Part shown: piece by piece, positions 47,371 to 57,975 of the stretch
How positions within the stretch are numbered: the stretch's first letter is position 1
Layout: the number at the start of each line of letters is the position of its first letter
Assembly: GCA_963824495.1 (NCBI GenBank)
Contig: CAWGPQ010000008.1
Coordinates: forward strand, 96,001 to 160,000
From: an uncultured bacterium
GTDB lineage: Bacteria > Babelota > Babeliae > Babelales > Babelaceae
Length of the DNA: 64,000 nucleotides
Reading direction: 5' to 3'
Notes under the pieces: model-generated
Databases searched by the model: none
Told to the model about the DNA's origin: nothing
The model's input: the letters and a program-made list of their open reading frames with translations, nothing else
Made by a program: the position numbers and the translations under genes

Positions 47371-48415
47371 GTTCAAGCTCTCTTTCTTGAAGTTTCTTAA
47401 TATCTGATTCTTTTATATGCATACCAAAAGAAAGCCCATACGCTCCCAGACCCTCTTTAACTTCTTCATATGACTTACGTCCAAAGTTTTTAATCTTAAG
47501 CACTTGATCTTCCGTTAAATTTACCAAATCTATAACGTGCTTAATACCAGCCTGCACTAAGCAGTTTTGCGCGCGAACGGAGAATTCCAATACATCGATA
47601 GGCTTAAGCAGAAGATCTAAGGGAACACCCTTGAGATTCTCCACATGATCTTCTGCCGATTTTTCATGGGGATTATCGCTTGATGGTGCCAATATGTTAT
47701 TAAATGGTATGCCTGATGCTGCTATAAAATGCTCAAACTGCGTAAGCAATACTGATACAGCATAATGTACAGCATCTGATGGTGCAATAGTACCATCAGT
47801 TGTTATACCTAAAAGCAACCTATCGTAATCGATATCTCTGCCTACGCGTGTTTTCTCAACGTCATAGGTAACTTTACGCACGGGAGAAAACATGGCATCT
47901 AAATAAATCCGGTCATCCTCTTGTAACGCCTGACCGAGCGGCCAGCGTGCTGGCTGATAACCACGACCGGACTCGACAAAAAATTCTATATCAAGCGTCC
48001 CACCAGGGGCAACGTGAGCGATTATATGGTCTTTATTTAAGGCTTCTAGGTGCTCATCTGCTACAATATCAGTTACGCGCGCAATAGACTCTCCGGTAAT
48101 ATGTAACGACATTTTACCTGGTCTGCCTGTTGTATTACGCACAATAATTTCTTTAATGTTGAGAATAACTTGAAGCGTATCTTCAATAACACCTGGTAGT
48201 GGTAAAAATTCATTATTTACCTGTTTAATAATGACCGCGGTAACAGCAGAACCTTCGACCCCCCCTAAAAGAATACGTCGTAACGCATTACCAAGGGTAA
48301 TGCCAAACCCAGGTTCAAGAGGTTGCGCCACTAACTCACCATAGGTAGCGGTAAGCGTATCTTTATTCCAGCTGAGTCGCGGAATCGTTAAGGGTTGATA
48401 CTCCTTTCTATTCAT
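47351..48415 (-). CDS. rpoA: RNA polymerase subunit alpha
   Basis: PLEPGFGITLGNALRR, NFGRKS. Confidence 0.98.
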   Translation of the reverse strand: MNRKEYQPLTIPRLSWNKDTLTATYGELVAQPLEPGFGITLGNALRRILLGGVEGSAVTAVIIKQVNNEFLPLPGVIEDTLQVILNIKEIIVRNTTGRPGKMSLHITGESIARVTDIVADEHLEALNKDHIIAHVAPGGTLDIEFFVESGRGYQPARWPLGQALQEDDRIYLDAMFSPVRKVTYDVEKTRVGRDIDYDRLLLGITTDGTIAPSDAVHYAVSVLLTQFEHFIAASGIPFNNILAPSSDNPHEKSAEDHVENLKGVPLDLLLKPIDVLEFSVRAQNCLVQAGIKHVIDLVNLTEDQVLKIKNFGRKSYEEVKEGLGAYGLSFGMHIKESDIKKLQERELEHETSKR

Positions 48416-48481
48416 TGAAACTCCTGAAGCTTAGAATCATATGTATCACCATTACCTAAGAAATAATCTAAGAGATACTTG

Positions 48482-49072
48482 TTATTTAGAATACAATTCG
48501 ATAATTAAATGTTCTTCTATAGGTGCTTGAATGTCTGCTCGAACTGGATTACGTAGGACACGCCCTTTGCGTCCCTTTCTATCTAATTCTAGCCACTCCG
48601 GTACCTTAATACTTGTTTGTAAGCGCTTGTCAACAACCTGCTCAAGAAACGTGGTTTTTTGAGCAACCTGAGGAGCAAGAGTAATCTCATCATTAACCGC
48701 AACGAGATAGGATGGCGAATAGACACGTTCTCCATTAACAAGGATATGTCCATGCGTAATACTTTGTCGGGCTTGACGACGAGTAGAAGCAAACTTAAGC
48801 CGATATATAACATTATCAAGACGGCGCTCGAGCAAACTCAACAAGAGCTCACCAGTTGCAGCACGGCTTTTTGAAGCAATACTAAAAAATCTTTTAAACT
48901 GACGCTCTCGCATACCGTATATTGATTTTACTTTTTGTTTTTCTTGTAATTGACGGCCATACTCAGTAAGCTTACGAGGTTTTTTGCCACCACGTTGCTC
49001 ATTACGCTCAGCTCGAGCCGGACGCTCACCTTGAGACGTAGATTTTCTTTCCATAGCTACACGCTCTTTCAT
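48482..49072 (-). CDS. rpsD: 30S ribosomal protein S4
   Basis: QLQEKQK, LERRLDN, IELYSK. Confidence 0.97.
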   Translation of the reverse strand: MKERVAMERKSTSQGERPARAERNEQRGGKKPRKLTEYGRQLQEKQKVKSIYGMRERQFKRFFSIASKSRAATGELLLSLLERRLDNVIYRLKFASTRRQARQSITHGHILVNGERVYSPSYLVAVNDEITLAPQVAQKTTFLEQVVDKRLQTSIKVPEWLELDRKGRKGRVLRNPVRADIQAPIEEHLIIELYSK

Positions 49073-49096
49073 AAATACAGGTAACTTTTATATAGC

Positions 49097-49480
49097 TTAT
49101 ACGCGGCGTTTTTTAGGCGAACGACATCCATTATGCGGCAATGGTGTTACGTCACGAAGTACAGAAATATCAAATCCTGAAGCTTGTAGTGAACGCACGA
49201 ATGAATCGCGCCCCGATCCAGGTCCTCGAAGGTTTACCTCTACCTGTTTTATTCCCAATGATACCATTTCTTTAGCAAGACTGGTACCAATTTGTGTTGC
49301 AGCGAAGGGCGTGCCTTTGCGGGCACCTTTAAAGCCTAATTTTCCAGCACTCCCTCGCAAAAGAACATCTCCTTCGGGAGTTGTAATAGTAACAAGCGTA
49401 TTATTAAACGTAGATTTGACGTGTGCTATCGCAGAATCTACCAAACGCCTTACTTTTTTTGACTTCTTTTTATAGGTCAT
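49097..49480 (-). CDS. rpsK: 30S ribosomal protein S11
   Basis: STFNNT, DVTPLPHNGCR. Confidence 0.98.
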   Translation of the reverse strand: MTYKKKSKKVRRLVDSAIAHVKSTFNNTLVTITTPEGDVLLRGSAGKLGFKGARKGTPFAATQIGTSLAKEMVSLGIKQVEVNLRGPGSGRDSFVRSLQASGFDISVLRDVTPLPHNGCRSPKKRRV

Positions 49481-49515
49481 TCTATCCTCATGCTCATGCT
49501 ATATTATTTTCTAAG

Positions 49516-49905
49516 TTATTTCTTGGTTACTTTGCGCTTAAGTGCTATCGCTGCTCCTGCCTTACGTGGACCTTTACGTGTACGAGCATTTGTTTTTGTA
49601 CGCTGTCCCCGTGTAGGAAGTGATCGCTTATGGCGCAGCCCCCTATATGATCCAATATCTTGCAAGCGCTTAATATTATTTTTAATTTCCTTACGAAGAT
49701 CACCTTCAGTAATATAATTGCCGGAAATTTCTTTTTGGATAGCTGCAATTTCTTCGTCAGCAAGATCTCTAACCCTCTTGTCAAAACTAATACGAAGTTT
49801 CGTTAAAATATCGCGCGATCCTTTAAGCCCTATGCCATAAATATAGGGCAGTGCATATTCGATACGCTTATCATTGGGAAGATTTACGCCCTCAATTCTT
49901 GCCAT
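49516..49905 (-). CDS. rpsM: 30S ribosomal protein S13
   Basis: [19 protein letters not shown]. Confidence 0.98.
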   Translation of the reverse strand: MARIEGVNLPNDKRIEYALPYIYGIGLKGSRDILTKLRISFDKRVRDLADEEIAAIQKEISGNYITEGDLRKEIKNNIKRLQDIGSYRGLRHKRSLPTRGQRTKTNARTRKGPRKAGAAIALKRKVTKK

Positions 49906-49938
49906 AATGTCCTCTCACAGACTCTCATAAAGTTTATT

Positions 49939-50055
49939 TTACCCCTGACGCTGCTTATGTCGGGGATCTTTTTTGCAAATAATTCTTACAATACGTGCGC
50001 GATTAATAACACGACAATCGCGGCATATACGCTTAACTGATGTTCTTACTTTCAT
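49939..50055 (-). CDS. rpmJ: 50S ribosomal protein L36 (Zn-ribbon form)
   Basis: Hand translation [38 protein letters not shown]. Confidence 0.97.
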   Translation of the reverse strand: MKVRTSVKRICRDCRVINRARIVRIICKKDPRHKQRQG

Positions 50056-50083
50056 GTGACGCATCCCTTATTTCATACTACTT

Positions 50084-50323
50084 TTACGATCGATCACTCT
50101 TATACCGTAAAACGATCCTACCTTTGGTCAGATCATAAGGAGAAAGTTCTACGGCAACTTTATCTCCTGGTATTAAACGTATATAGTTCATACGCATTTT
50201 ACCCGAAATATGTCCTAATACCAAATGCCCACCTTCAATTTCTACACGAAACATAGCATTGGGTAATGTTTCTTTAACAACGCCATCAACACGGATAACG
50301 TCATCTTTTTCTTTAATTTTCAT
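50084..50323 (-). CDS. infA: Translation initiation factor IF-1
   Basis: [22 protein letters not shown]. Confidence 0.98.
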   Translation of the reverse strand: MKIKEKDDVIRVDGVVKETLPNAMFRVEIEGGHLVLGHISGKMRMNYIRLIPGDKVAVELSPYDLTKGRIVLRYKSDRS

Positions 50324-50350
50324 GCAACTCTCACACCTATAAAATCGTGC

Positions 50351-51100
50351 TTATAATCTTGTTACAATTTCTGGGCCATGTTCGGTAATAATAACCGTAT
50401 CTTCCACATGAGCAGCTAAGCTGCCATCAACCGTCTTTGCTGTCCATCCATCGGAAGCAATACAGATCGCGGGACTACCAGCCGTAATAATTGGCTCAAG
50501 CGCAAGCGTCATCCCTGCTTTTAACAGGGGACCACGGCCAGGTTTACCATAATTAAGAATCTCCGGGTCCTCATGCATACGTCGCCCAATACCATGTCCA
50601 GCAAATTCTCGTACAACAGCGTATCCCTGTGACTCAGTTGTACACTGGATTGCTGCCGAAATATCACCCACACGATTGTGAGGTATTGCTTGGCTAATTC
50701 CGTTATTGAGTGCATCCCATGCCACTGACACAAGCTTTTGAGCTTCAGGGTTACCCTGTCCTGCAAAAAAACAACGAGTCATATCGGCACAATACCCTTT
50801 CCATGCGGCACAAACGTCAATCTTAACCAGATCATGTTGCTTGAGTGTGCTGTTGCTATGAGGAACACCATGCACCACTTCGTCGTTAACTGATATACAA
50901 CTTACGTGCCTATATCCGTGATATCCCTGCGTCTGCGATACCATATGAATACGGTTCAGCCAACCAGCAATCCACGTATCAAGCTCAAGCGTGCTTATGC
51001 CAGGAACCACCTGGTATTTGAGCTCTTCAAACATTTCGGCCAAATGTTTTCCTGCTACAGTAAGTGTTTCAAGAGCATGCTTATTTTTTAATGTAATCAT
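50351..51100 (-). CDS. map: Methionine aminopeptidase type I
   Basis: CISVNDEVVHG, GHGIG..MHEDP, AHVEDT. Confidence 0.97.
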   Translation of the reverse strand: MITLKNKHALETLTVAGKHLAEMFEELKYQVVPGISTLELDTWIAGWLNRIHMVSQTQGYHGYRHVSCISVNDEVVHGVPHSNSTLKQHDLVKIDVCAAWKGYCADMTRCFFAGQGNPEAQKLVSVAWDALNNGISQAIPHNRVGDISAAIQCTTESQGYAVVREFAGHGIGRRMHEDPEILNYGKPGRGPLLKAGMTLALEPIITAGSPAICIASDGWTAKTVDGSLAAHVEDTVIITEHGPEIVTRL

Positions 51101-51212
51101 TCAAAGTCTTCATGCAAAGTCTTCATGGTGAGCGTAAAAGGCTATCAGAAATAGTTTACCAGATTTTACCATAAAATCTACCGATGAATCTACCGGATAA
51201 CCATTTCGTATA

Positions 51213-52526
51213 TTAACGCGCAAACCTGCTTTTAACCCTACCTGATGATAAAAATCCCTCATACTTGTGTTCAATAAGATACGACTCTATTTGTGCAGAA
51301 AGCTCAAGGGCGACACCTACAGCAATCAGTAATGATGTACCTTGCAATTGAAAGGGTAGCGCAACAAATGCCCTAAGAATATTAGGCAAGAGCGCAAGTA
51401 TACCCAGATAGATAGCACCTACCAAACCTATGCGCGTTAGAATATAATCAAAGAAATTAGCAGTTTGTTGACCCGGCCGAATACCCGGTATAAAGCCACC
51501 ACTTTTTTTCATGTTATCGGCCAATTCCGTAGGATTAAATACGAGGGCTGTATAAAAAAAAGTAAAAAAGACTATAAGACCAAATAATAACGCGTTATAT
51601 AAAAAACCATCGAAGTGCAGCATTTGTGCAATGGTCCTAGCAAATGCAAATCGCTCAGAAAAAATAGATGCAAGAAAAAGTGGCATTTGCAATACCGATT
51701 GTGCAAAAATAACGGGCATCACCCCTGCTGTATTAATCTTGAACGGTATATAGGTACTTTGCCCTCCATAAACACGCTGACCAACAACACGTCGCGCGTA
51801 CTGAACCGGAATTTTACGATCACCCTTCTCAAGAAAGACAATACAGGCCATGAGAGCAATAAAAAAAGCCAAAATACATACTGCTGTAATAGCTGTCATA
51901 TTACCAACTTTTACCCAGTAAATTGTCTTAGCAACGTCTTCAGGAAAGCGCGCAACAATACCAGCAAAAATAATCATTGAGCTGCCATTACCTAAACCCA
52001 TAAGCGAAATTTGCTCTCCTAGCCACATGACAAATAGAGAACCTGCTGTCAACGAAAGCACACAGAGCAACGTGAACCCAAGACCTGGGGTAAGAACCAA
52101 TTGTTGATTTTCAAGAAATTTTGCATACCCTAAGCTATACACAACGCTCAATACAAGCGCTACATACCGTGTATATTGATTAATAACTTTACGTCCATAC
52201 TCACCTTCTTTAGATAGTTGTTCAAGATACGGGACTGCCATAGTCAGCATCTGCATCATAATCGAAGCTGTGATATAAGGACCAACACCTAATGCAAAGA
52301 TAGTACTTGATGCTAAAGCACCACCGGAGAACATGTCAAGATAGCTTAACAAGCCACCCAATGTTTCTGATCGTTTCATATACTCAGCCAATAGGGGGAT
52401 ATTCACCCCAATAACTGGTATAAATGTACCGAGACGATACACGATCAGTACACCAAGCGTAAATAAAAGCTTCTTGGTTAGCTCAGGGATAAGAAAGATG
52501 TTTTTAAAATTTTTTAGCAGGACCAC
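51213..52526 (-). CDS. secY: Preprotein translocase SecY
   Basis: ALGVGPYITASI, WLGEQIS, IPGIRPG. Confidence 0.98.
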   Translation of the reverse strand: MVLLKNFKNIFLIPELTKKLLFTLGVLIVYRLGTFIPVIGVNIPLLAEYMKRSETLGGLLSYLDMFSGGALASSTIFALGVGPYITASIMMQMLTMAVPYLEQLSKEGEYGRKVINQYTRYVALVLSVVYSLGYAKFLENQQLVLTPGLGFTLLCVLSLTAGSLFVMWLGEQISLMGLGNGSSMIIFAGIVARFPEDVAKTIYWVKVGNMTAITAVCILAFFIALMACIVFLEKGDRKIPVQYARRVVGQRVYGGQSTYIPFKINTAGVMPVIFAQSVLQMPLFLASIFSERFAFARTIAQMLHFDGFLYNALLFGLIVFFTFFYTALVFNPTELADNMKKSGGFIPGIRPGQQTANFFDYILTRIGLVGAIYLGILALLPNILRAFVALPFQLQGTSLLIAVGVALELSAQIESYLIEHKYEGFLSSGRVKSRFAR

Positions 52527-52540
52527 AATACTCTAGCTCC

Positions 52541-52978
52541 TCACAGTGTATGTACTTCGCCACCCTGCTTTTTAATTGCTTCTTCTGCTGATGTACTAAA
52601 AGCATCTGCATGTACCGAAAGCTTCTTATCAAGCAGCCCTTTGCCTAAAATCTTTAAACGTATAGCCTGACCACCAGAAATAACGCCTTTCTCAATAAGT
52701 GACGTTTTGGTAACTTCAGCACCGTGATCATACAGACTATTCAGACATCCGATATTAACTATCTCCCATTCTTGCCTAAAACGAGCGTGAGAGAACCCGC
52801 GCTTTGGGAGACGTCGAGCAAGCGAGGTTTGGCCTCCTTCAAATGCCTTACCAATATTGGGGCCTGAACGGGCTTTCTGCCCCTTATTACCACGCCCTGA
52901 GGTTCCACCTCTGCTGCCACCTCGTCCTACACGCTTGCGCGACTTACCTGCAGAGGTAAGATTACTGAGCGTTATCAT
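52541..52978 (-). CDS. rplO: 50S ribosomal protein L15
   Basis: GRG, KGQKARSG, FEGGQ, RLPKRGF. Confidence 0.97.
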   Translation of the reverse strand: MITLSNLTSAGKSRKRVGRGGSRGGTSGRGNKGQKARSGPNIGKAFEGGQTSLARRLPKRGFSHARFRQEWEIVNIGCLNSLYDHGAEVTKTSLIEKGVISGGQAIRLKILGKGLLDKKLSVHADAFSTSAEEAIKKQGGEVHTL

Positions 52979-53471
52979 TGCTAGCGCTACCCTTCGTTAT
53001 CTCATGTACAGTTTTACCACGTAATTTTGCTATTTCTTCAGCAGAGCGACACTTTGCCAATGCATTAAGCGTTGCCTTAACAACGTTCTGTGCCGAACGT
53101 GAAGGCCCTATAGATTTAGCTAAAATATCTTTGACACCAAGTGCTGTCATAACAGCACGCACGGCACCACCAGCAATAAGGCCGGTACCCTTATAAGCTG
53201 AACGAATAATAACGTTGCTTGCTCCATGCCGACCAGCTACGGAATACGGTATCGTTGTTCCACGTAGTGGTATTCTAATAAGGCTCTTGCGTGCACTGGC
53301 CGTTGCCTTAGCTATAGCTGAAGAAACCTCACGACTCTTACCTTGACCAATACCGACACCGCCTTCTTGATCACCCGAAACAACAAGAGCAGAAAAACCA
53401 AACCGTTTTCCACCCTTAGTAACTTTGGTAACACGTCGTACTTTGACGACGGTATCAACAAATTCTGCCAT
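52962..53471 (-). CDS. rpsE: 30S ribosomal protein S5
   Basis: RVTKVTKGGKRF, GTGLIAGG. Confidence 0.97.
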   Translation of the reverse strand: MAEFVDTVVKVRRVTKVTKGGKRFGFSALVVSGDQEGGVGIGQGKSREVSSAIAKATASARKSLIRIPLRGTTIPYSVAGRHGASNVIIRSAYKGTGLIAGGAVRAVMTALGVKDILAKSIGPSRSAQNVVKATLNALAKCRSAEEIAKLRGKTVHEITKGSASNDNAQ

Positions 53472-53479
53472 TATTTCCC

Positions 53480-53830
53480 TTAAATCGTTAATCCACCTTC
53501 GCGCAAGCCCTCAGCAAGTGACTGTACACGCCCATGATATAAAAATGGTCCCCGATCAAACGCTGCTTTGGTAATACCTTGCGCACGAGCTCGTTGTGCA
53601 AGCTCTAAGCCAACCGCACGAGCAATCGCTTTTTTATCACCAGCTATCTTATTCAGCTCAAGCGATGAACAACTCATGAGCGTTCGCTGTAATACGGGGT
53701 CAATTACCTGAGCATAAATATGCCGAGCACTACGGAATACAGAAACACGGGGAAGCGTCATGGCTAATGAACTACGTGAGCGTAATGCCCTTCGTTGTGT
53801 TCTTTGGCGGATTTTTCTTGTTATTGACAC
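53480..53830 (-). CDS. rplR: 50S ribosomal protein L18
   Basis: PRVSVFRS..HIYAQ, FDRG..YHGRV. Confidence 0.97.
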   Translation of the reverse strand: MSITRKIRQRTQRRALRSRSSLAMTLPRVSVFRSARHIYAQVIDPVLQRTLMSCSSLELNKIAGDKKAIARAVGLELAQRARAQGITKAAFDRGPFLYHGRVQSLAEGLREGGLTI

Positions 53831-53842
53831 GTTAATACTCCA

Positions 53843-54394
53843 CTATTTTGCAGCTTTAGCCTTACCAGCCTTGCGCCTTATAACTGTGCCTACCTCGTGA
53901 ATACCTGTGCCTTTGTAGGGCTCAGGTGGTCGAAGTGCTATAATCTCGCTACACGTTAACCCAAGATTATCTTTATCAATTGATCGCACTGTTAAAAGCT
54001 GGCCTGTCTTATCAGCTTCTATAGTGACTCCTTGAGGAAGCTCTCTATCAATCTTATGACTAAATCCCAAGGAAAATTGAACTTTGTTGCCCGTGATTAC
54101 TGCTTTAAAACCAAGTCCAACAATACGCAGTTGCTTTTCAAATGGTTGATCAGCACCCTTAAGCTCATTTGCCAGTAATGCTCTATGTAAACCCCAAAGC
54201 GCATTAATATCGGAAAGTATGCTATCTGAAGGCACAGGAAGTAGCACGAGCTGTTTATTTTTTAATTGGGCCTGCAATTGAGGAGGTAATCTGTAGGTCC
54301 CGGAGGCTTTTTTACCCTTATAGTGTATTACACTATTTTTTACCTCAACCTGGATATTTCCAATATCAATAGGCTTTCTACCAATCTTTGACAT
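53843..54394 (-). CDS. rplF: 50S ribosomal protein L6
   Basis: MSKIG, RPPEPYKGTG. Confidence 0.97.
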   Translation of the reverse strand: MSKIGRKPIDIGNIQVEVKNSVIHYKGKKASGTYRLPPQLQAQLKNKQLVLLPVPSDSILSDINALWGLHRALLANELKGADQPFEKQLRIVGLGFKAVITGNKVQFSLGFSHKIDRELPQGVTIEADKTGQLLTVRSIDKDNLGLTCSEIIALRPPEPYKGTGIHEVGTVIRRKAGKAKAAK

Positions 54395-54403
54395 ATCTTA
54401 CCT

Positions 54404-54820
54404 CTACCATACCGTACACATGACCTCTCCACCAAGAGATCGTTGCAATGCCTGTCTGCTCGTCATAACGCCTTGGTTAGTGGTAACTATAGCGATACCA
54501 AGACCTCCGCTCAGCGGCTTGAGCGTAGCAATACCTTCGTATATGCGACGGCCAGGTGTGCTTATTCGCTTAATCTCATGAATAACTGATTCGCCACGAG
54601 TATATTTTAATATAATTTTTAAGCCTTTAAATCCTCGCTTAAATCCTGGCTCATGTTGCTCATGTTCTTCAACAAGCACATCATGAATAAAGCCTTCATT
54701 CTTAAGAATTTTTGCTAATTCATGGGCGAGCTTTGAATAGGGCGCTCTGACAAATGGTCGAGCTGCCATAACGCCGTTGCGTATACTCGTTAAAAAATCT
54801 CCAATCGTATCTCTCGACAT
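54404..54820 (-). CDS. rpsH: 30S ribosomal protein S8
   Basis: DFLTSIRN, ISTPGRRIY, GGEV. Confidence 0.97.
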   Translation of the reverse strand: MSRDTIGDFLTSIRNGVMAARPFVRAPYSKLAHELAKILKNEGFIHDVLVEEHEQHEPGFKRGFKGLKIILKYTRGESVIHEIKRISTPGRRIYEGIATLKPLSGGLGIAIVTTNQGVMTSRQALQRSLGGEVMCTVW

Positions 54821-54841
54821 GCCTATCCTTTACCTTACCAT

Positions 54842-55027
54842 TTACCAACTTGCTTTTTTAACTCCGGGCAATAACCCGTTCGATGCAAGGTTACGAAAAC
54901 ACAGCCGACACATCTGAAAAAGACGTATAAACCCACGAGGTCGTCCACATAATCTACAACGATTACGATGACGAACCGCAAATTTAGGTGTTCTCTGAGA
55001 TTTTTCTATCAGGGCTTTTCGAGCCAT
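54842..55027 (-). CDS. rpsN: 30S ribosomal protein S14 (61-aa Zn-binding type)
   Basis: RCRLCGRPR...[14 protein letters not shown]. Confidence 0.97.
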   Translation of the reverse strand: MARKALIEKSQRTPKFAVRHRNRCRLCGRPRGFIRLFQMCRLCFRNLASNGLLPGVKKASW

Positions 55028-55042
55028 CGTTATTCCTCACTC

Positions 55043-55591
55043 TTATTTTTTTCGAAAGGGCATACCAAAACTTTTAAGCAATTCATATGCTTGTGCATCA
55101 GTTTTTGCAGTTGTAACAATGGTAATATTCATACCATGTGCTCTTTCGCTAGCCCCTGCAGCATCAGCTTCAGGAAAAACACTCCATTCTTTAATACCAA
55201 GATTATAATTCCCTCGACCATCAAAGGCAACCGGCACACCTTGAAAATCACGTACTTTGGGTAATGCTAAATTTATAAGCTTATCGAGAAACTCATACAT
55301 ACGTTGTCCACGCAACGTTACCATTACGCCAATGGGCATGTCTTCCCGTATTTTAAACCCTGCAATTGATTTGAGCGCACTTGTTCTGACAGGTGCTTGA
55401 CCGGTAATTGCTGCAATTACCTGCATAACTGTTTGCAGTACTCTACTATCAGCAACTGCTTCTTTAACTCCTACGTTCAGTACAATCTTTGACACCTTAG
55501 GTACCTGCATAGGGTTAGCAAGCCCAAGTGATTTTTGTAATTGAGGCCGTAAGGTCGTTGTATATTGCTCATCAAGACGTGCTTTTGCCAT
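55043..55591 (-). CDS. rplE: 50S ribosomal protein L5
   Basis: ITGQ, FKIRE, PKVRDFQG. Confidence 0.97.
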   Translation of the reverse strand: MAKARLDEQYTTTLRPQLQKSLGLANPMQVPKVSKIVLNVGVKEAVADSRVLQTVMQVIAAITGQAPVRTSALKSIAGFKIREDMPIGVMVTLRGQRMYEFLDKLINLALPKVRDFQGVPVAFDGRGNYNLGIKEWSVFPEADAAGASERAHGMNITIVTTAKTDAQAYELLKSFGMPFRKK

Positions 55592-55606
55592 CTCTAACCT
55601 TTACAT

Positions 55607-55921
55607 TTACATTATCTGATTACAGTGATTGCAGATACGGACATGATGTATGTTGTCATGTGATATACCAGATCGAGGTCGTGCTGGTTTGTTACATGAT
55701 ACACACACAGGCATGACATTTGAAAGCTGAATATACGATTCTTTACTTTTGATACCTGATGTTTCACCTTGACGTCGTGCCTTAGCATGACGCATTACAA
55801 GAGCACTGCCTTCTACTAATACTTTATCTTTTTTGGGCAAAATATCAATAACACGACTACGCTTATTTTTATTTTTACCGGTTAAAATAAGAACCGTGTC
55901 ATTTTGCTTAACGCGCATCAT
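55607..55921 (-). CDS. rplX: 50S ribosomal protein L24
   Basis: DTV.ILTGK, VLVEG, IQLSNV; operon position. Confidence 0.95.
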   Translation of the reverse strand: MMRVKQNDTVLILTGKNKNKRSRVIDILPKKDKVLVEGSALVMRHAKARRQGETSGIKSKESYIQLSNVMPVCVSCNKPARPRSGISHDNIHHVRICNHCNQIM

Positions 55922-55941
55922 ATCAGAACCCTTCAGAACCC

Positions 55942-56316
55942 TTATAAAACTTCTAATGCTAACGATGGTATCTTTGGGCTTCGTGGGCGAATTTCACGTG
56001 CAATAGGGCCAAAGATACGTGAACCAACCGGTGTAGTATCTTCAACGCTCTTGATAATTACCGCTGCATTTTCACCAAATCTAATATAACTGCCATCTTC
56101 ACGACGAAATGGTTTGCGTGTTCTGACAATAATTGCCCTGACAATATCACCTTTTTTTACTTGACCACCCGGGATAGCACTTTTTACGGCCGCTACAATA
56201 ATATCACCTATGCTAGCACTTTTTTTACCAGTACTGCCTACAATATGAAAGCAACGGATGCGTCTTGCCCCCGAGTTATCAGCAACCTCTAATTCAGTTT
56301 CTTTATAAATAGCCAT
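55942..56316 (-). CDS. rplN: 50S ribosomal protein L14
   Basis: [16 protein letters not shown]. Confidence 0.97.
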   Translation of the reverse strand: MAIYKETELEVADNSGARRIRCFHIVGSTGKKSASIGDIIVAAVKSAIPGGQVKKGDIVRAIIVRTRKPFRREDGSYIRFGENAAVIIKSVEDTTPVGSRIFGPIAREIRPRSPKIPSLALEVL

Positions 56317-56344
56317 ATAGTTCTTCCGTTAATACCTGCTATAC

Positions 56345-56635
56345 CTACGGTGTTGCATGGGCTTTGATAATTTCAGCCAAGTACATATATTTAGTTTTTG
56401 ACATAGGCCGCCCCTCATAAATCTTGACTATATCGCCCACACGTGCTTGTTGCTGCTCATCATGTACACTATATTTTTTTGACGTTCTCATCACCTTCTT
56501 AAAGAAAGGATGGGTATACATACGATCAACTTTTACCACAACCGTTTTCTGCATCTTGTCAGATACAACAGTACCAGTAAGTGTATGTGGTATATTCTTA
56601 GCTCCAGTTACACGATTAGCCACGTGATTAGCCAT
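56345..56635 (-). CDS. rpsQ: 30S ribosomal protein S17
   Basis: GTVVSDKMQKT, RPMSKTK. Confidence 0.97.
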   Translation of the reverse strand: MANHVANRVTGAKNIPHTLTGTVVSDKMQKTVVVKVDRMYTHPFFKKVMRTSKKYSVHDEQQQARVGDIVKIYEGRPMSKTKYMYLAEIIKAHATP

Positions 56636-56867
56636 GTGATATATTCCTTGTTTGCTCTGAAGTTTGCTCTAAAGATTTATGCTCACGTATTCTCGTCAGC
56701 GCGCAAGCTATAGCCCTCCGCAACACTGTTTTTGTTGAGGAAAACGACTTGACGTGCGATGTTGCTGCATTCAAGTGTAATTTAAAAAGCTCGCGCCGTA
56801 GCTCTTCAAGCTTAAGCTCAAGTTGCTCTAAGCTCATCTGCTTAAGCTCATTATGAAGTTTTTTCAT
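56628..56867 (-). CDS. rpmC: 50S ribosomal protein L29
   Basis: ELRRELFKL...RRAIA..LT; operon position. Confidence 0.93.
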   Translation of the reverse strand: MKKLHNELKQMSLEQLELKLEELRRELFKLHLNAATSHVKSFSSTKTVLRRAIACALTRIREHKSLEQTSEQTRNISHG

Positions 56868-56869
56868 GA

Positions 56870-57319
56870 TTACTGTGCTACCTCTTGCTCTAATTGCTCT
56901 GACTGCTCTTGATGAAGGCGCTTGACGACTTTTGTTTTCATAGGCAGCTTATACGCAGCAGCTTTTAACGCTTCTTTAGCCGCTGCTTCGTCAAGGCCTC
57001 CTATTTCACAAATAATGCGATCTCGCTTTATGACGGCCACCCATACTTCAACGTTACCCTTACCTTTACCCATACGTGTTTCAGCAGGCTTCTTTGACAC
57101 AGGTTTATCGGGAAACACACGCAAGTACAGCTTTCCTACTTTCTTAAGTTTGCGGGAAATGGTTACGCGCATCGCCTCAATCTGCTGAGCAGTTAACCAT
57201 ACGGACTCAACTGCCTGCAAGCCATACTCACCAAAGGCGACATCACGAGCACCTTTTGAACGGCCGGCACGCGTTCCTCGCTGTACCTTACGATACTTAA
57301 TTTTTTTGGGCATTAACAT
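56870..57319 (-). CDS. rplP: 50S ribosomal protein L16
   Basis: MLMPK, RMGKGKG. Confidence 0.98.
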   Translation of the reverse strand: MLMPKKIKYRKVQRGTRAGRSKGARDVAFGEYGLQAVESVWLTAQQIEAMRVTISRKLKKVGKLYLRVFPDKPVSKKPAETRMGKGKGNVEVWVAVIKRDRIICEIGGLDEAAAKEALKAAAYKLPMKTKVVKRLHQEQSEQLEQEVAQ

Positions 57320-57342
57320 AATCGTATCTTTCGCACAGACTC

Positions 57343-57975
57343 TTACGCAAGCTTAAATTCACCTTTACAAATCCAAACCTTAACACCAATAATACCATAC
57401 GTTGTTTTTGCTTCTGCAAAGCCATAATCAATATCTGCACGTAACGTATGACGAGGAACGGACCCTATACGAATCCATTCTTCACGAGCAATTTCAGCTC
57501 CACCTAAACGGCCTGATACACATACCATAACACCTCGAGCTCCTGCCCTAAGTGCTGATGATGCTGCCTTTTTCATAACTTTCTTAAAATTTGCACGTCG
57601 CACGAGCTGATCAGCTATACTTTTTGCAACGATTGGTGCTGAAAGCTCAGGCGTTTTAATTTCCTGTACTGATATCTCAATATTTTCCCTATGCAGTATA
57701 TCAGCAAGCTTTTTACGTAAGGCGTCAATCTCTTGACCTTTTTTACCAATAACAAAACCAGGTCGCGCAGAGTGTATAATCACTCGTAGGGCATCACCGG
57801 TTTTTTCAATTTCAATACGTTCAAGCTCAGCACCTGAAAGTTCTTTTTCTAAAAATTTTCTGATAGAAAAATCTTCAAAAAAACTTTCAGCATATGATTT
57901 GCGAGCAAACCAACGGGAGTCCCAACCTCGATAAACACCTGTACGAAACCCTATTGGGTTAACTTTTTGTCCCAC
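57343..57975 (-). CDS. rpsC: 30S ribosomal protein S3
   Basis: [10 protein letters not shown] from GTG 57975, [10 protein letters not shown]. Confidence 0.97.
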   Translation of the reverse strand: MGQKVNPIGFRTGVYRGWDSRWFARKSYAESFFEDFSIRKFLEKELSGAELERIEIEKTGDALRVIIHSARPGFVIGKKGQEIDALRKKLADILHRENIEISVQEIKTPELSAPIVAKSIADQLVRRANFKKVMKKAASSALRAGARGVMVCVSGRLGGAEIAREEWIRIGSVPRHTLRADIDYGFAEAKTTYGIIGVKVWICKGEFKLA

